Source: Candidatus Omnitrophota bacterium (GTDB lineage: Bacteria; Omnitrophota; Gorgyraeia; Zapsychrales; JAHFFX01). From it: a DNA stretch of 58,651 nt. This document shows, one piece after another, positions 1 through 9,219 of this stretch. Position 1 is the stretch's first letter. Every line of letters starts with the position of its first letter. Made by a program: the position numbers and the translations under genes. The stretch is taken from positions 1-58,651 of the forward strand of contig JAHFFW010000015.1 in NCBI GenBank assembly GCA_023247725.1. The letters run 5' to 3'. The notes beneath the pieces are model-generated. The model was not told where the DNA came from, ran no database searches, and saw nothing but the letters and a program-made list of their open reading frames with translations.

Positions 1-127
1 TGTCCGCTGCCGATTCTCAAAGTTTCCGACGTAACATTGACTGCTTCCGTCGCAAGGTGTCATTAAATGATTTACAATCGCTGGCTCGGATCAGCGTCTG
101 ATTTTGCCAAACTCAAGTTACTATATA

Positions 128-691
128 CTATAAAGGTTTTGCAAAATCTATATTTTTTTCAATTTCTTGCAATTTTTTTTCTAGATGAACGCCCTCGCGC
201 TTGACCAAATTCCTTTTCATCAGGCTCGCAGCAGCCCAATCCCGGTGAAACAAAACGCACAACCGCGAAAAATAAGGAGCGGCCGAATGACCGACCAACG
301 CATCAATAACGGTACTTGTCTTATTGTCAAAATTTGTTGCCGGCGTTGGCAGTACTGCTTCCGTAATTGTTTTTTTATTTATACGGGAGTCCGTATTTTC
401 CATCGGGAATTGCCGGCATAAATCTGGCCGCACCGGATAAATCAAACAACGGTTGTGCTTGTCTTGAAAGACACACGTGCCATGACGGACAAGCGTTGTA
501 AAGGTGTGTCTCTCGTCGGTGATTTCGCTGGGAGAAAGTTTCCGGAACCAGGGTTTGGGAACCCGGGGTTGGAACTTGACGATCGTCTTTAATTCTTGAG
601 CGCTCAACTCTACGCCTTCATAACAGCACGAACCGATGCGGCATTTCTTGCACATGGAACTGATAGCTGGAGCGTGTTCAGAAAGGCTCAA
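128..691 (-). CDS. YkgJ/UPF0153-type cysteine-cluster (zinc/iron-chelating) protein; the C-terminal third is read through a family-1 repeat copy
   Basis: CKKCRIGSCC near the N-terminus and GTCVF...CLIYPVRPDLCRQFP match the YkgJ family pattern. A paralog lies at 57380-57913. Residues after ~98 are encoded by the repeat at 288-397, so the true C-terminus is uncertain. Confidence 0.6.
   Translation of the reverse strand: MSLSEHAPAISSMCKKCRIGSCCYEGVELSAQELKTIVKFQPRVPKPWFRKLSPSEITDERHTFTTLVRHGTCVFQDKHNRCLIYPVRPDLCRQFPMENTDSRINKKTITEAVLPTPATNFDNKTSTVIDALVGHSAAPYFSRLCVLFHRDWAAASLMKRNLVKREGVHLEKKLQEIEKNIDFAKPL
288..397. repeat. Family-1 structured repeat, copy A (full length, diverged)
   Basis: By eye ~80% identical to 16441-16549. 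It keeps the CCAACGC/GCGTTGG stem and the CTTCCGTA/TACGGGAG stem. The hairpin loop sequence is unrelated between copies. Confidence 0.6.
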
Positions 692-790
692 AGGGGCTTT
701 TCCTTCTTGAAAAACCAGTCGATTATGACACCGGAATAATCGTCCGTCAATGAAATGCGAAATTTCGTTCCACGGTCCGTTTCAATCCCC

Positions 791-819
791 TTGCAAATTG
801 AATCAAATTATTTTAAGAT
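791..819 (+). promoter_or_regulatory. Candidate sigma70-type promoter for thiSGH
   Basis: TTGCAA (791-796), 17-nt spacer, TAAGAT (814-819), about 80 nt upstream of the thiS ATG. Confidence 0.35.
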
Positions 820-901
820 GGAACCCTGCGAACACAGCGGGTCCCGAAGACAAGGCAGCGGGGCGAAGAGTAGTTGCCACTGGCTTGAGAAAGGAAGCTT
901 A

Positions 902-1102
902 ATGCAAATCAACCTCAATGGCCGAATGAAAACCGTGGCTGGTGAAATCAATTTAAAAAATCTCATCGAACAATTCTGCCTGGACACCCGTCACGTGATC
1001 GCGCAGGTCAATGGATCAACCATCAAAAATCCTCAATGGAAAGGCCATTGGTTGAAAACCGGAGATTCCGTCGAGCTTATCCATTTTGTGGGGGGAGGAT
1101 AA
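902..1102 (+). CDS. thiS: Sulfur-carrier protein ThiS
   Basis: 66 aa, MQINLNG...VELIHFVGGG with the C-terminal GG of the ThiS/MoaD fold. The stop abuts the thiG ATG. The upstream part of ORF 755-1102 is treated as non-coding. Confidence 0.85.
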   Translation: MQINLNGRMKTVAGEINLKNLIEQFCLDTRHVIAQVNGSTIKNPQWKGHWLKTGDSVELIHFVGGG

Positions 1103-1915
1103 ATGATGGAAACGATCGAGCCCTCGATCTCGGATCGGCCTCTTAAAATCGCCGGTAAAGAATTTTCCAATCGTTTTCTCCTGGGAACCGGAAAGTTCAA
1201 AAATAAAAAGGATCTCCAAGATGCCATCGCCGCCAGCGGTACGCAGATCGTAACCGTGGCGCTGCGGCGTATCGATCTCGAACGCCATGAGGAGAATATC
1301 CTGGAATACATTCCGAAGGATGTGACTCTCCTCATCAATACCTCGGGAGCGCGCAATGCCCGAGAGGCCGTGGCGATCGCGCACTTGGCCCGCGATTCGG
1401 GTTATGGGGATTGGATCAAAATCGAAGTCATTAATGACAGCAAATATTTGCTTCCGGATAATGAAGAAACCGTCAAGGCGACCGAAATTTTGGCCAAGGA
1501 AGGATTCACGATCCTGCCCTACATGTATCCCGATTTGTATACGGCCCGTGCCCTCGTGAAAGCGAACGCCGCCACCGTCATGCCCTTGGGCTCCTTGATT
1601 GGCAGTCATCAAGGTTTGCAGACCCGCGAGTTTATTCAAATCCTCGTTGATGAAATTGCGGTGCCCATCATCGTGGATGCCGGGTTAGGCGCTCCTTCCC
1701 ATGCTGCCGAGGCCATGGAACTGGGAGCCGCGGGGGTCCTGGCCAATACCGCGATCGCCTCTGCCCTGCATCCGGCGGCGATCGCTAAAGCCTTTAGTCT
1801 AGCGGTCGAGGGCGGCCGTTTGGCGTATTTGAGCAAAATGGCCAAATCCCTTCCCCAGGCCAATGCCTCATCGCCGCTAACCGGCTTTTTATTTGAAGCC
1901 ACAGAAAATTTTTAA
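1103..1915 (+). CDS. thiG: Thiazole synthase ThiG
   Basis: 270 aa with [19 protein letters not shown]... typical of ThiG. A GGAGG RBS sits inside the thiS 3' end. Confidence 0.95.
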   Translation: MMETIEPSISDRPLKIAGKEFSNRFLLGTGKFKNKKDLQDAIAASGTQIVTVALRRIDLERHEENILEYIPKDVTLLINTSGARNAREAVAIAHLARDSGYGDWIKIEVINDSKYLLPDNEETVKATEILAKEGFTILPYMYPDLYTARALVKANAATVMPLGSLIGSHQGLQTREFIQILVDEIAVPIIVDAGLGAPSHAAEAMELGAAGVLANTAIASALHPAAIAKAFSLAVEGGRLAYLSKMAKSLPQANASSPLTGFLFEATENF

Positions 1916-1916
1916 A

Positions 1917-2963
1917 ATGATTTCCCTTGAACATATTCGTCAGATCCTTCTTGATCGAAGTCCAGCGACTCTAGAAAAACTCGCCGGCAAAGCCGCACAA
2001 TTGACCCAACAGTATTTCGGCCGAACCATTGGCTTGTATGCCCCTTTGTACCTCTCCAATTATTGTGGCAGTTATTGCACCTATTGCGGTTTTCATTCGC
2101 ACAACCGGATCAAACGCTTTAAGCTCACGCCGGAAGAAATGCGCCAAGAGATGGCCTATTTGGCCAATCAGGGGATTGAAAATATTTTGCTTTTGACCGG
2201 TGAATCATATCAGTTGACCCCGATGGAATATTTGCAGGAGGCGGTCGGCATTGCCAATGACTATTTTTCCAGCATCTCCTTGGAAGTGCATCCCCTAGAA
2301 ACAGGGCAATACGCTCAATTGTTCGCCGGGGGCGTTGATGGCATTGCGGTCTATCAGGAAACATATGATCGAAAACTCTACAGCCAAGTCCATCGTTCGG
2401 GGATCAAAGCGGATTATGATTTCCGTTATCGAGCGCCCCAGCGAGCCGCCGGAGGGGGAATTCGTTCCATCACCTTAGGGATTCTTCTGGGTTTGGCGGA
2501 TCCGGCAGAAGATCTTTGCTCGCTGTATCAGCATCTGCGCTTGATGGAAAAAAATTACCCCGGAGTGGAATACAGCCTGTCGTTCCCTCGGCTCAAGCCC
2601 ATCAAGGCCAAGGATTTTGTCAAAGCTTCGGTTGATGATGCGACGTTCATCAAAATCATTTGCCTGACGCGCGTCCTTTTTCCACGAGTGGGAATCAATC
2701 TTTCTACTCGCGAACGTCCCTGGATTCGGGATCACGTGCTGGGATTAGGCGTGACGCGATTATCGGCAGGGTCCAACACGTCCGTCGGGGGTTATACCCT
2801 CAAGGCGGTAGATGAGCAGGATCCACAGTTCGATATTGAAGATCATCGATCTCTAGCCCAGATCATAGCCGTAATTAAAAAATCCCATTTTGATCCGATT
2901 CTGACAGACTGGCGCAGGATTAAAAACCCGTCAGCGCTTTATTCTTCCTGGCAAAAAGGATAA
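1917..2963 (+). CDS. thiH: 2-iminoacetate synthase ThiH (radical SAM)
   Basis: YLSNYCGSYCTYCGF radical-SAM CxxxCxxC motif and ThiH-like length. The ATG at 1917 is preferred over the TTG at 1893. Confidence 0.9.
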   Translation: MISLEHIRQILLDRSPATLEKLAGKAAQLTQQYFGRTIGLYAPLYLSNYCGSYCTYCGFHSHNRIKRFKLTPEEMRQEMAYLANQGIENILLLTGESYQLTPMEYLQEAVGIANDYFSSISLEVHPLETGQYAQLFAGGVDGIAVYQETYDRKLYSQVHRSGIKADYDFRYRAPQRAAGGGIRSITLGILLGLADPAEDLCSLYQHLRLMEKNYPGVEYSLSFPRLKPIKAKDFVKASVDDATFIKIICLTRVLFPRVGINLSTRERPWIRDHVLGLGVTRLSAGSNTSVGGYTLKAVDEQDPQFDIEDHRSLAQIIAVIKKSHFDPILTDWRRIKNPSALYSSWQKG

Positions 2964-2997
2964 TCCTATTAGTTTGCGTAGCAATTAAAAAAGCCCA

Positions 2998-3612
2998 ATG
3001 AATCCCCTCGAGAAAAAGAAAGAACCGGAAAGGAATGCGGGGCAGGAGAATCCCCTCATGTTAGGCGGGATTAACTTGGACCGGATCAAAGACGTTTTTG
3101 CCGAGGATCTGTCAAAATTTTTTGCCGAGCACTACGAACTTTGGGTGATTATCGGCGTATTCGTTATTCTTTTTGCCACGCTCATGGTCACACAGTCGTT
3201 CCGGGATTCCAGCAAGCATGTTTCCGATTCTTTATCTGCCCTCGTGAAGGCCCATGAGGCTGAATTCCAGGTCGAATATCCACAGGGCTTTAAAGTCATT
3301 GTCATCGACGGGGAAAAAATTATCCAGACCCATGATGATACCCTTTCCAAAATTTTTAAGATCAATTGGAGAGAAGCCCGGGTTTTAAGCAATGACGGTT
3401 ATGAAATCAAATTATTTTTGCCTTCCCTCACTTATCGTCCGAATAAAATTTCCCTCAATAATGTCCAAGCCACCATTTATGCTAAACCGGAAGCGGTCAC
3501 TAGTCTGGTGAGCGCCAACGCGGTGGATTTATTCATCCGCATCCTGAATGTCCAAAACGATCGGATCCTGTGTGTGGTGGCTTTTAAAAACATCGAAGAT
3601 TCCAGTCAGTAA
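2998..3612 (+). CDS. Hypothetical single-pass membrane-anchored protein (paralog of 7494-8093)
   Basis: One TM segment (WVIIGVFVILFATLMV). It shares YPxGF...KINWxxAxV...xIKLxL blocks with the 7494-8093 product. Confidence 0.6.
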   Translation: MNPLEKKKEPERNAGQENPLMLGGINLDRIKDVFAEDLSKFFAEHYELWVIIGVFVILFATLMVTQSFRDSSKHVSDSLSALVKAHEAEFQVEYPQGFKVIVIDGEKIIQTHDDTLSKIFKINWREARVLSNDGYEIKLFLPSLTYRPNKISLNNVQATIYAKPEAVTSLVSANAVDLFIRILNVQNDRILCVVAFKNIEDSSQ

Positions 3613-3620
3613 ATCATACC

Positions 3621-5168
3621 TTAGCCAGATTTGGCTTCTACCCGAAAGACCGCATAGGTGCTGTTTTCCCAGACTCGGCGAACCTTCACGCCGGCACGCA
3701 CGATTCCCTCCAGTATTTTTTCATCTCCTGCGGAAACCGTCAGCAGGTAAGGTTGGCTCTGTTCCGCCAAGGGCATGAGCGTATTATAAAGATGTAACTC
3801 GCTTAGCTCGCCGGTATCCCTAAGAAAAACCAGATAATCAATCTTTAAATCCCGGATCCGTTCGACACAAGAACGCGGATCCGTGGCTAGCGTGTAAGCG
3901 GCGCTCGGGCGATCGGTGAGCAGACAAAGGGCCCGGGGTTTGCCAAACATGAATCGTTCCGAGGGTCGGGTTGAATTTCTAATCCATTCAAACAGCTGCA
4001 GGCTTTGGGGCTGATGAATGGCGTCGCTGTTAAAATCAAAATGGATCGCCAGGCTGCTCACATTTAAAAAAATAAGAACAATCAATAAGGGAATACCCAG
4101 GCTCATGTGGCGGTATCCCCGGCGCAACGGAAACCTACGAAGCAATTTTAAACCTTCCAATAAAAGAAGACCAATCAGGGGCAAAGGGTATCGACCCGCC
4201 GATGAAACCGGCCAAAATAAAATGGAAAGATATCCCAGGGTCAAGAAGGCATCGCTCATGGTTAACGTTCGTCGTTTTAAGCGGACAATCAAAACGACGA
4301 CGAGATAACCGGCTACCGCGAGGCCTAGCCAGATGCTCCAAGGATCAATCCAGGAAAAAACCCAATCTGACCAATTCATTTTAAACGGAAAAAAAAGAAT
4401 ACTCAGTTCGACGAAATTATTCCGGATATTGTCCTGCAAAATCATCGGCCAATCACGCAGAGGAAAGCTCGCTTCTTTTAAATGACTCATGAACGACACA
4501 CCCCAGATCCATTGCACCAAGCCGTTCAGAAATAAAACACCGAAGATGATCCATAAGTCCCTTCTTTTTTTACCCGAGATTCCCGACACCAACAAAGCCG
4601 CTACAAAAAGAAGCATTCCGAACCAGCGGGTCATCATGGCCGCGGTCATGGCCACCAGACTCCAGCCCAGGAAGAAACCCGATTGGAACGTCCGCTCCTT
4701 TTGCTGCAAATAAATCTCGAATAAAACGACGGCGGTCATCGCCATTCCCAAAAAAGGGATATCGGTCAAGATGCTCTGTTTGAACATAAAAAAGAACGGA
4801 AACAAAAACCACACGGCTGCTCCCAGAAGGGCTTCCTCCTCGGACAAACGCATCTGATAGAGCCGATAAATCGCGACGACAAAAATCATCCAGAACACGA
4901 TATTCCAAATCTTCAAAGCGATAAAGTTGAGACCAAAGATTTTAAGAAGCGGAACCAACAAAAGGGGAAAGCCCGGCGGGCTGACAACTCCGGGATCAAG
5001 CATGATCCGGCTGGCATAGGGTTTTGCCTCCAGCAGATTCTGCGCATGGCGGATGTATTGAGCAAAATCATCGCCCCAGTCATGCCCGTTATAAAGCGTG
5101 GTCCCATTGATCAAAAGAAAAACCACACAAAGAAAGAGGAAACCGATTTTTGCCGAACGTGAGTCCAT
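3621..5168 (-). CDS. Polytopic membrane glycosyltransferase, GT39/ArnT-like (tentative)
   Basis: Many TM helices in an ArnT/PMT-like N-terminal arrangement. Start is set at MDSRSAKIGFLFL (5168), because the longer ORF overlaps the upstream cupin gene. Confidence 0.65.
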   Translation of the reverse strand: MDSRSAKIGFLFLCVVFLLINGTTLYNGHDWGDDFAQYIRHAQNLLEAKPYASRIMLDPGVVSPPGFPLLLVPLLKIFGLNFIALKIWNIVFWMIFVVAIYRLYQMRLSEEEALLGAAVWFLFPFFFMFKQSILTDIPFLGMAMTAVVLFEIYLQQKERTFQSGFFLGWSLVAMTAAMMTRWFGMLLFVAALLVSGISGKKRRDLWIIFGVLFLNGLVQWIWGVSFMSHLKEASFPLRDWPMILQDNIRNNFVELSILFFPFKMNWSDWVFSWIDPWSIWLGLAVAGYLVVVLIVRLKRRTLTMSDAFLTLGYLSILFWPVSSAGRYPLPLIGLLLLEGLKLLRRFPLRRGYRHMSLGIPLLIVLIFLNVSSLAIHFDFNSDAIHQPQSLQLFEWIRNSTRPSERFMFGKPRALCLLTDRPSAAYTLATDPRSCVERIRDLKIDYLVFLRDTGELSELHLYNTLMPLAEQSQPYLLTVSAGDEKILEGIVRAGVKVRRVWENSTYAVFRVEAKSG

Positions 5169-5178
5169 GATGATCTGA

Positions 5179-5544
5179 TTAAGTGGAATCCCGGTGCGCC
5201 TTGGAAAGCGAAAAGGCCGGCAGACATACCGCAACATAATCGGCTCCGCCGGAATAAGGCGTACGATAGCGCACCCATTCGCCTTTGCGCACAATAACGG
5301 CCTGGCCGGCACCGACAACCATGAAACCCTTTTTTGATTCAATTTGGAGACGCCCCTTGAGGACGAGCGTATACTCGCTAAACTTCGGTCTCTGTCCGGG
5401 TTCCTCCCATCCGACGGGGCTGTGCATGAGGGCCAAGCTCAGAGTCGCGGTCTTGGAATTGACCCGGCCAATATACTCTTTGATGATTTTGGTTTTATTT
5501 CCCGCTAATTTTATTTTGGAAGGATGGCGAATGAGTCGAGGCAT
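5179..5544 (-). CDS. Cupin-domain protein
   Basis: 121 aa; the GWEEP...EYTLVLKGRL...GEWVRY pattern fits a small cupin barrel. Confidence 0.65.
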   Translation of the reverse strand: MPRLIRHPSKIKLAGNKTKIIKEYIGRVNSKTATLSLALMHSPVGWEEPGQRPKFSEYTLVLKGRLQIESKKGFMVVGAGQAVIVRKGEWVRYRTPYSGGADYVAVCLPAFSLSKAHRDST

Positions 5545-5553
5545 AAAAAGAGT

Positions 5554-6222
5554 TCACTTTTCAAAAAGGCTGTGGCGTGTCCCCAACTTAGCCTTCAGCT
5601 CCGCATACGCCCGCTGATCTTCGGGAGTCAAAATTTGGGAATTGAGTTCCCTGGCCTTCTCATAAAAATCCATCGCCGCCTTCATGCCCTTTTGGTCATT
5701 GTGCATGACGGATTTTTGCATCTGCGCCGTGGCCAAAATTTTATATCCCCAGGCATCATTGCGGTCCTGGGCAATCATCAATTGAGAATAGATGATGGCC
5801 TCGTTATATTGCTGCAAGCTGAGATAGGCCATGGCCAAACCCAGATAAAGTTCATTCAGAGAAGGAGACGGGATACCGGATGAAAATTGAAAAGGCAATT
5901 CTGGTTTGGGCATAGCCAGGATGCGGTTGCACAGATCGACAACCTCTTGGGCATGCCCAAGCCGCGAATGGGCCAGGGCGATTTTGTAATACAATCCACG
6001 ATCTAACGGCGCAAAAAATCCTGCCCGGTTCAAGTGGCGGATACAATCGGGATAGCGTTCTTGGTTAAAAGCTTTAAGACCGGTGTGAATGTTCCAATGG
6101 AAATAGCCGTCAATGCCAGCGATGACAAGGAAGGTAAAAAAAGCCAGTTCCAGGAGAAATGTGTTTTTTCGACGAACGATCCCCCGGCGGAGAACGTAGG
6201 TCTCTTGAAGATTTTCGGTCAT
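5554..6222 (-). CDS. Membrane-anchored TPR-repeat protein
   Basis: N-terminal TM segment (FLLELAFFTFLVIAGI) followed by TPR-like A/Y/L-periodic helices. Confidence 0.65.
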   Translation of the reverse strand: MTENLQETYVLRRGIVRRKNTFLLELAFFTFLVIAGIDGYFHWNIHTGLKAFNQERYPDCIRHLNRAGFFAPLDRGLYYKIALAHSRLGHAQEVVDLCNRILAMPKPELPFQFSSGIPSPSLNELYLGLAMAYLSLQQYNEAIIYSQLMIAQDRNDAWGYKILATAQMQKSVMHNDQKGMKAAMDFYEKARELNSQILTPEDQRAYAELKAKLGTRHSLFEK

Positions 6223-6225
6223 GAA

Positions 6226-6759
6226 TTATTCTGGCTGCCAAACCGTTTGTGCAAAAGAGGAAGTCCCTTTTTGCAGCGTATAGACCGATTTGAGCAAATT
6301 CAAGTACGGGTAATCCCCGTCATCGGCCATCCATTTTCCACCATAATGAATCTTCTCGATAACGGCGGTCCGATCCAGAACCCATCCTGAATCGGTTCGA
6401 TAAAGGAAGACCGGGGCTAACGAGGGATTTTCGGGATAATAAATCACCGCATAATCTCCCTCAATCTTGGTCGAAAAAGGACGATCGAATTGCGCAGCGG
6501 TGGTCTGATAAGCGGACGAACTCAAAAGCTCGTCAGAGCGCCGGCGCCAGGAGGCATCAAAAATAGGCAAATCATAACAGTAATGCCCGCGCTTCATCAT
6601 CTGCAATTCCAGACGGTAGGTTTCCTCCGGTTGGGATTGCGGACGGTATTGCTCTTGGTATTGTGCGCAAGATTCCTGGCCTAGGGCAGAAAAAATTTCA
6701 GCCACCATCAGGCCCCAACCTAAAAGGATGAGAGGCAAGCGGAACATATTAAGGCGCAA
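6226..6759 (-). CDS. Secreted hypothetical protein
   Basis: Signal-peptide-like N-terminus (MFRLPLILLGWGLMVAEIFSALG). It is tightly packed between neighbouring genes of the same strand. Confidence 0.55.
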   Translation of the reverse strand: MRLNMFRLPLILLGWGLMVAEIFSALGQESCAQYQEQYRPQSQPEETYRLELQMMKRGHYCYDLPIFDASWRRRSDELLSSSAYQTTAAQFDRPFSTKIEGDYAVIYYPENPSLAPVFLYRTDSGWVLDRTAVIEKIHYGGKWMADDGDYPYLNLLKSVYTLQKGTSSFAQTVWQPE

Positions 6760-7375
6760 GTAAACTTTCCATGATTGTTCTTAACGAATCGAAATCCTTG
6801 GAACCAAAGGCCTGATAAAGCAATTTATAATCCTTATTAAAAATAATCCAGCTGGGAGTCCCTTTCAGGCAGTTTCCGTCAAAGGTTTCGGCGTAGTACT
6901 TTTTGTTGGCAAGATAGCCGCGCACCTCTTGACGGATCTTTCTTTTCTGTTCTGGCTGGGCCTCATCAAATCCTTCCAGGCGCTGGCAGTATTCTTCCGT
7001 TTCATCGTCGAGGTTAACCGGCTCGTTTTCCCGTAACTCATCGAAGGCGATGGAAAAAGGGATCTTGTAAGGCAGCACGCTTTGTCCGGCCTGAGCCAAG
7101 GCATTCTTTGTTTCTCCCACCAGTTCGCCTTTTTTGAGCAGGATCCGGGTATTGTCGACGGTATTCAAATCAAAATCTTCGAAGGCCGTCGATAACCCCA
7201 ATACACAAACGCGTCTTTTTCGATAATGTTCCCACAATTTAATCGCGACCGGCATGGCCTGCAAGAGACATCCGGGACAATTCACCTGAAAAATCAACAG
7301 CAGATTCAAATCGCCCGGCCGGAAATCGCCCTGTAAAATTTCTTGATAGGTTAAATAAAATCGTTCGCTCGCCAT
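6749..7375 (-). CDS. Thioredoxin-fold (TlpA/redoxin-like) protein with a CPGC motif
   Basis: FQVNCPGCLLQAMP is a CxxC active-site context. It overlaps the downstream gene by 11 nt. Confidence 0.65.
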   Translation of the reverse strand: MASERFYLTYQEILQGDFRPGDLNLLLIFQVNCPGCLLQAMPVAIKLWEHYRKRRVCVLGLSTAFEDFDLNTVDNTRILLKKGELVGETKNALAQAGQSVLPYKIPFSIAFDELRENEPVNLDDETEEYCQRLEGFDEAQPEQKRKIRQEVRGYLANKKYYAETFDGNCLKGTPSWIIFNKDYKLLYQAFGSKDFDSLRTIMESLLAP

Positions 7376-7493
7376 GGGGCACCGTCACTTGATCTTACTG
7401 CGATGGAAGCTCACTCGCAAGAATCTCAATGTTTTTTTCTAACCCAAATCTCTTTTAACGCAGCCCGGCGAGGCAAACACGCATCCGCAATCA

Positions 7494-8093
7494 TCATTCT
7501 CCCAAGGGAGTTTTCTCAATTGATTTTTTTAAACCGAAGGCCATCAAAATCTTGGCTTCATCCTCGCTTAAGTATTCGACCGTCAGATCGACCCCCGGGG
7601 CAAGGCTCGCCGAATTGCTCGCCCCCGGCCGACGGTCCAGAACAAAAACCAGATCCCGGAGGGCGTCCTCATAGGCGACGTACCGCAGCCGTATTTTTAA
7701 TTCCGCCGGAGAAAACGTTTTGACCACTTCCGCCTTCTTCCAGTTAATCTTCAATTCTGTGGGCAGGCTGGAGGTTTTAACAGTCAAAAAACGATTTTCG
7801 GCAATAGTCACGAGCTGAAAACCGTCGGGGTATTGATGGGACAGCTGATAGATTAATGTATCCGGGATGGATTGATTGAACTGCTCCACCAGCGGATCCT
7901 TTTGTTTGAGCTTAATAAAATGATGAATCAAAAAAAGGCCAACGCCCAGAAGCAGTAAAATCAGGATTTCACTGCGGAATTTATACCAGAAGGGTTCCGG
8001 GCCATTGAGCCGTGCGGTGATGGCAGCCTGCGTCTGGATTTTTTTACGCTGTTTTTTTAAAAACTGTTCGCGTCGATGTTTCTTTTTTCCCAT
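7494..8093 (-). CDS. Hypothetical single-pass membrane-anchored protein (paralog of 2998-3612)
   Basis: Basic N-terminus, one TM segment (ILILLLLGVGLFLIHHF), and conserved YPDGF...KINWKKAEVV...LKIRLRY blocks shared with 2998-3612. Confidence 0.6.
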   Translation of the reverse strand: MGKKKHRREQFLKKQRKKIQTQAAITARLNGPEPFWYKFRSEILILLLLGVGLFLIHHFIKLKQKDPLVEQFNQSIPDTLIYQLSHQYPDGFQLVTIAENRFLTVKTSSLPTELKINWKKAEVVKTFSPAELKIRLRYVAYEDALRDLVFVLDRRPGASNSASLAPGVDLTVEYLSEDEAKILMAFGLKKSIEKTPLGE

Positions 8094-8120
8094 GGCCTTT
8101 AGAAAAAAATTTAGAAATGT

Positions 8121-8160
8121 AGAAGCCCTGCCTCGGCCTTACGGCCGGGGCAGGGCTTCT
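8121..8160 (-). terminator. Strong stem-loop downstream of cysK
   Basis: AGAAGCCCTGCCTCGGCC-ttac-GGCCGGGGCAGGGCTTCT forms an 18-bp stem with one wobble or mismatch. A/T runs flank it on both sides. Confidence 0.55.
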
Positions 8161-8202
8161 AAAAAAATTCCATGACAACTTTAAACCATTTCGCAGTTTC
8201 GG

Positions 8203-9135
8203 TTATCCTCGGTATTCGGCAAAGAGATCCGTGCTCAAATAGCGTTCTCCGGTACTTGGGATGATGGCCACAATGAGTTTTCCCTTATTTTCTGGACGCT
8301 TGGCGACCTGCACCGCCGCGTGCACCGCTGCGCCCGAGGAAATCCCACAAAGAATCCCTTCCTCCTTAATCAAACGCTTGGCCATGGCAAAAGCCTCGTC
8401 ATTATCCACCGGAATGATTTCGTCGATGATTTTGGTATTAAGAATGCTGGGAACGAATCCGGCGCCAATCCCCTGGATCTTGTGCGGACCAGGTTTACCG
8501 CCGGAAAGAACCGGCGATCCTTTGGGTTCTACGGCAATCGCCTTAAAAGAAGGTTTTCGTTTTTTAATGACCTCGGCCACACCGGTGATCGTGCCACCTG
8601 TCCCAATTCCTGAAATCAGGATGTCGGCCTTGCCATCGGTGTCTTTCCAGATTTCTTCGGCGGTGGTTTGGCGGTGGATTTCCGGATTGGCCGGGTTGTC
8701 AAATTGTTGAGGGATAAAATATTTTTTGTCCGAGTCGGCCAATTCCTTGGCCTTCGCGATGGCTCCTCTCATCCCTTCCGGACCAGGGGTAAGGACAAGG
8801 TTCGCTCCCAATGCCCGCAAGAGAGCCCGGCGTTCCAGGCTCATCGTCTCCGGCATGGTCAGAGTTAACTGGTAACCCTTAACGGCGCAAACAAACGCGA
8901 GGGCAATGCCGGTATTGCCAGAGGTCGGCTCGAGAATGACGGTATCCTTTTTGATCTTGCCATCGCGTTCGGCCGCGGCAATCATCGCATAGCCAATACG
9001 GTCTTTGACCGAACCAAGCGGGTTATAGAATTCCAGTTTCCCGACGATCTCGGCCACGCATCCTTCGGTCACCTTGTTCAATCTGACGAGGGGTGTCTTT
9101 CCGATCAATTCTGTAATGTCCTTGGCGATATTCAT
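8203..9135 (-). CDS. cysK: Cysteine synthase A (O-acetylserine sulfhydrylase)
   Basis: [13 protein letters not shown]-lysine motif, TSGNTG, GIGTGGT; 310 aa. Confidence 0.95.
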   Translation of the reverse strand: MNIAKDITELIGKTPLVRLNKVTEGCVAEIVGKLEFYNPLGSVKDRIGYAMIAAAERDGKIKKDTVILEPTSGNTGIALAFVCAVKGYQLTLTMPETMSLERRALLRALGANLVLTPGPEGMRGAIAKAKELADSDKKYFIPQQFDNPANPEIHRQTTAEEIWKDTDGKADILISGIGTGGTITGVAEVIKKRKPSFKAIAVEPKGSPVLSGGKPGPHKIQGIGAGFVPSILNTKIIDEIIPVDNDEAFAMAKRLIKEEGILCGISSGAAVHAAVQVAKRPENKGKLIVAIIPSTGERYLSTDLFAEYRG

Positions 9136-9180
9136 GAGGCGCGCTCCTTCGTTTGATGATTAAAAAAAATGAACTTCGGC

Positions 9181-9210
9181 ATTATATCACTGCGCCAAAA
9201 AAAATGTCAA
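9181..9210 (-). promoter_or_regulatory. Near-consensus sigma70 promoter of cysK
   Basis: The minus strand reads TTGACA, an 18-nt spacer, then TATAAT. GAAGGAG RBS and the ATG at 9135 follow. Confidence 0.6.
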
Positions 9211-9219
9211 CCTTCGAAC

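Noticed and set aside
692-901. TPP (THI-box) riboswitch expected upstream of thiS
   Set aside because: Only a CTTGAGA-like fragment near 880 resembles the CUGAGA core. The ACCUGAUCUGG/GCG...GGGA half is absent, and the predicted leader (about 80 nt) is too short. No THI-box could be assembled on either strand.
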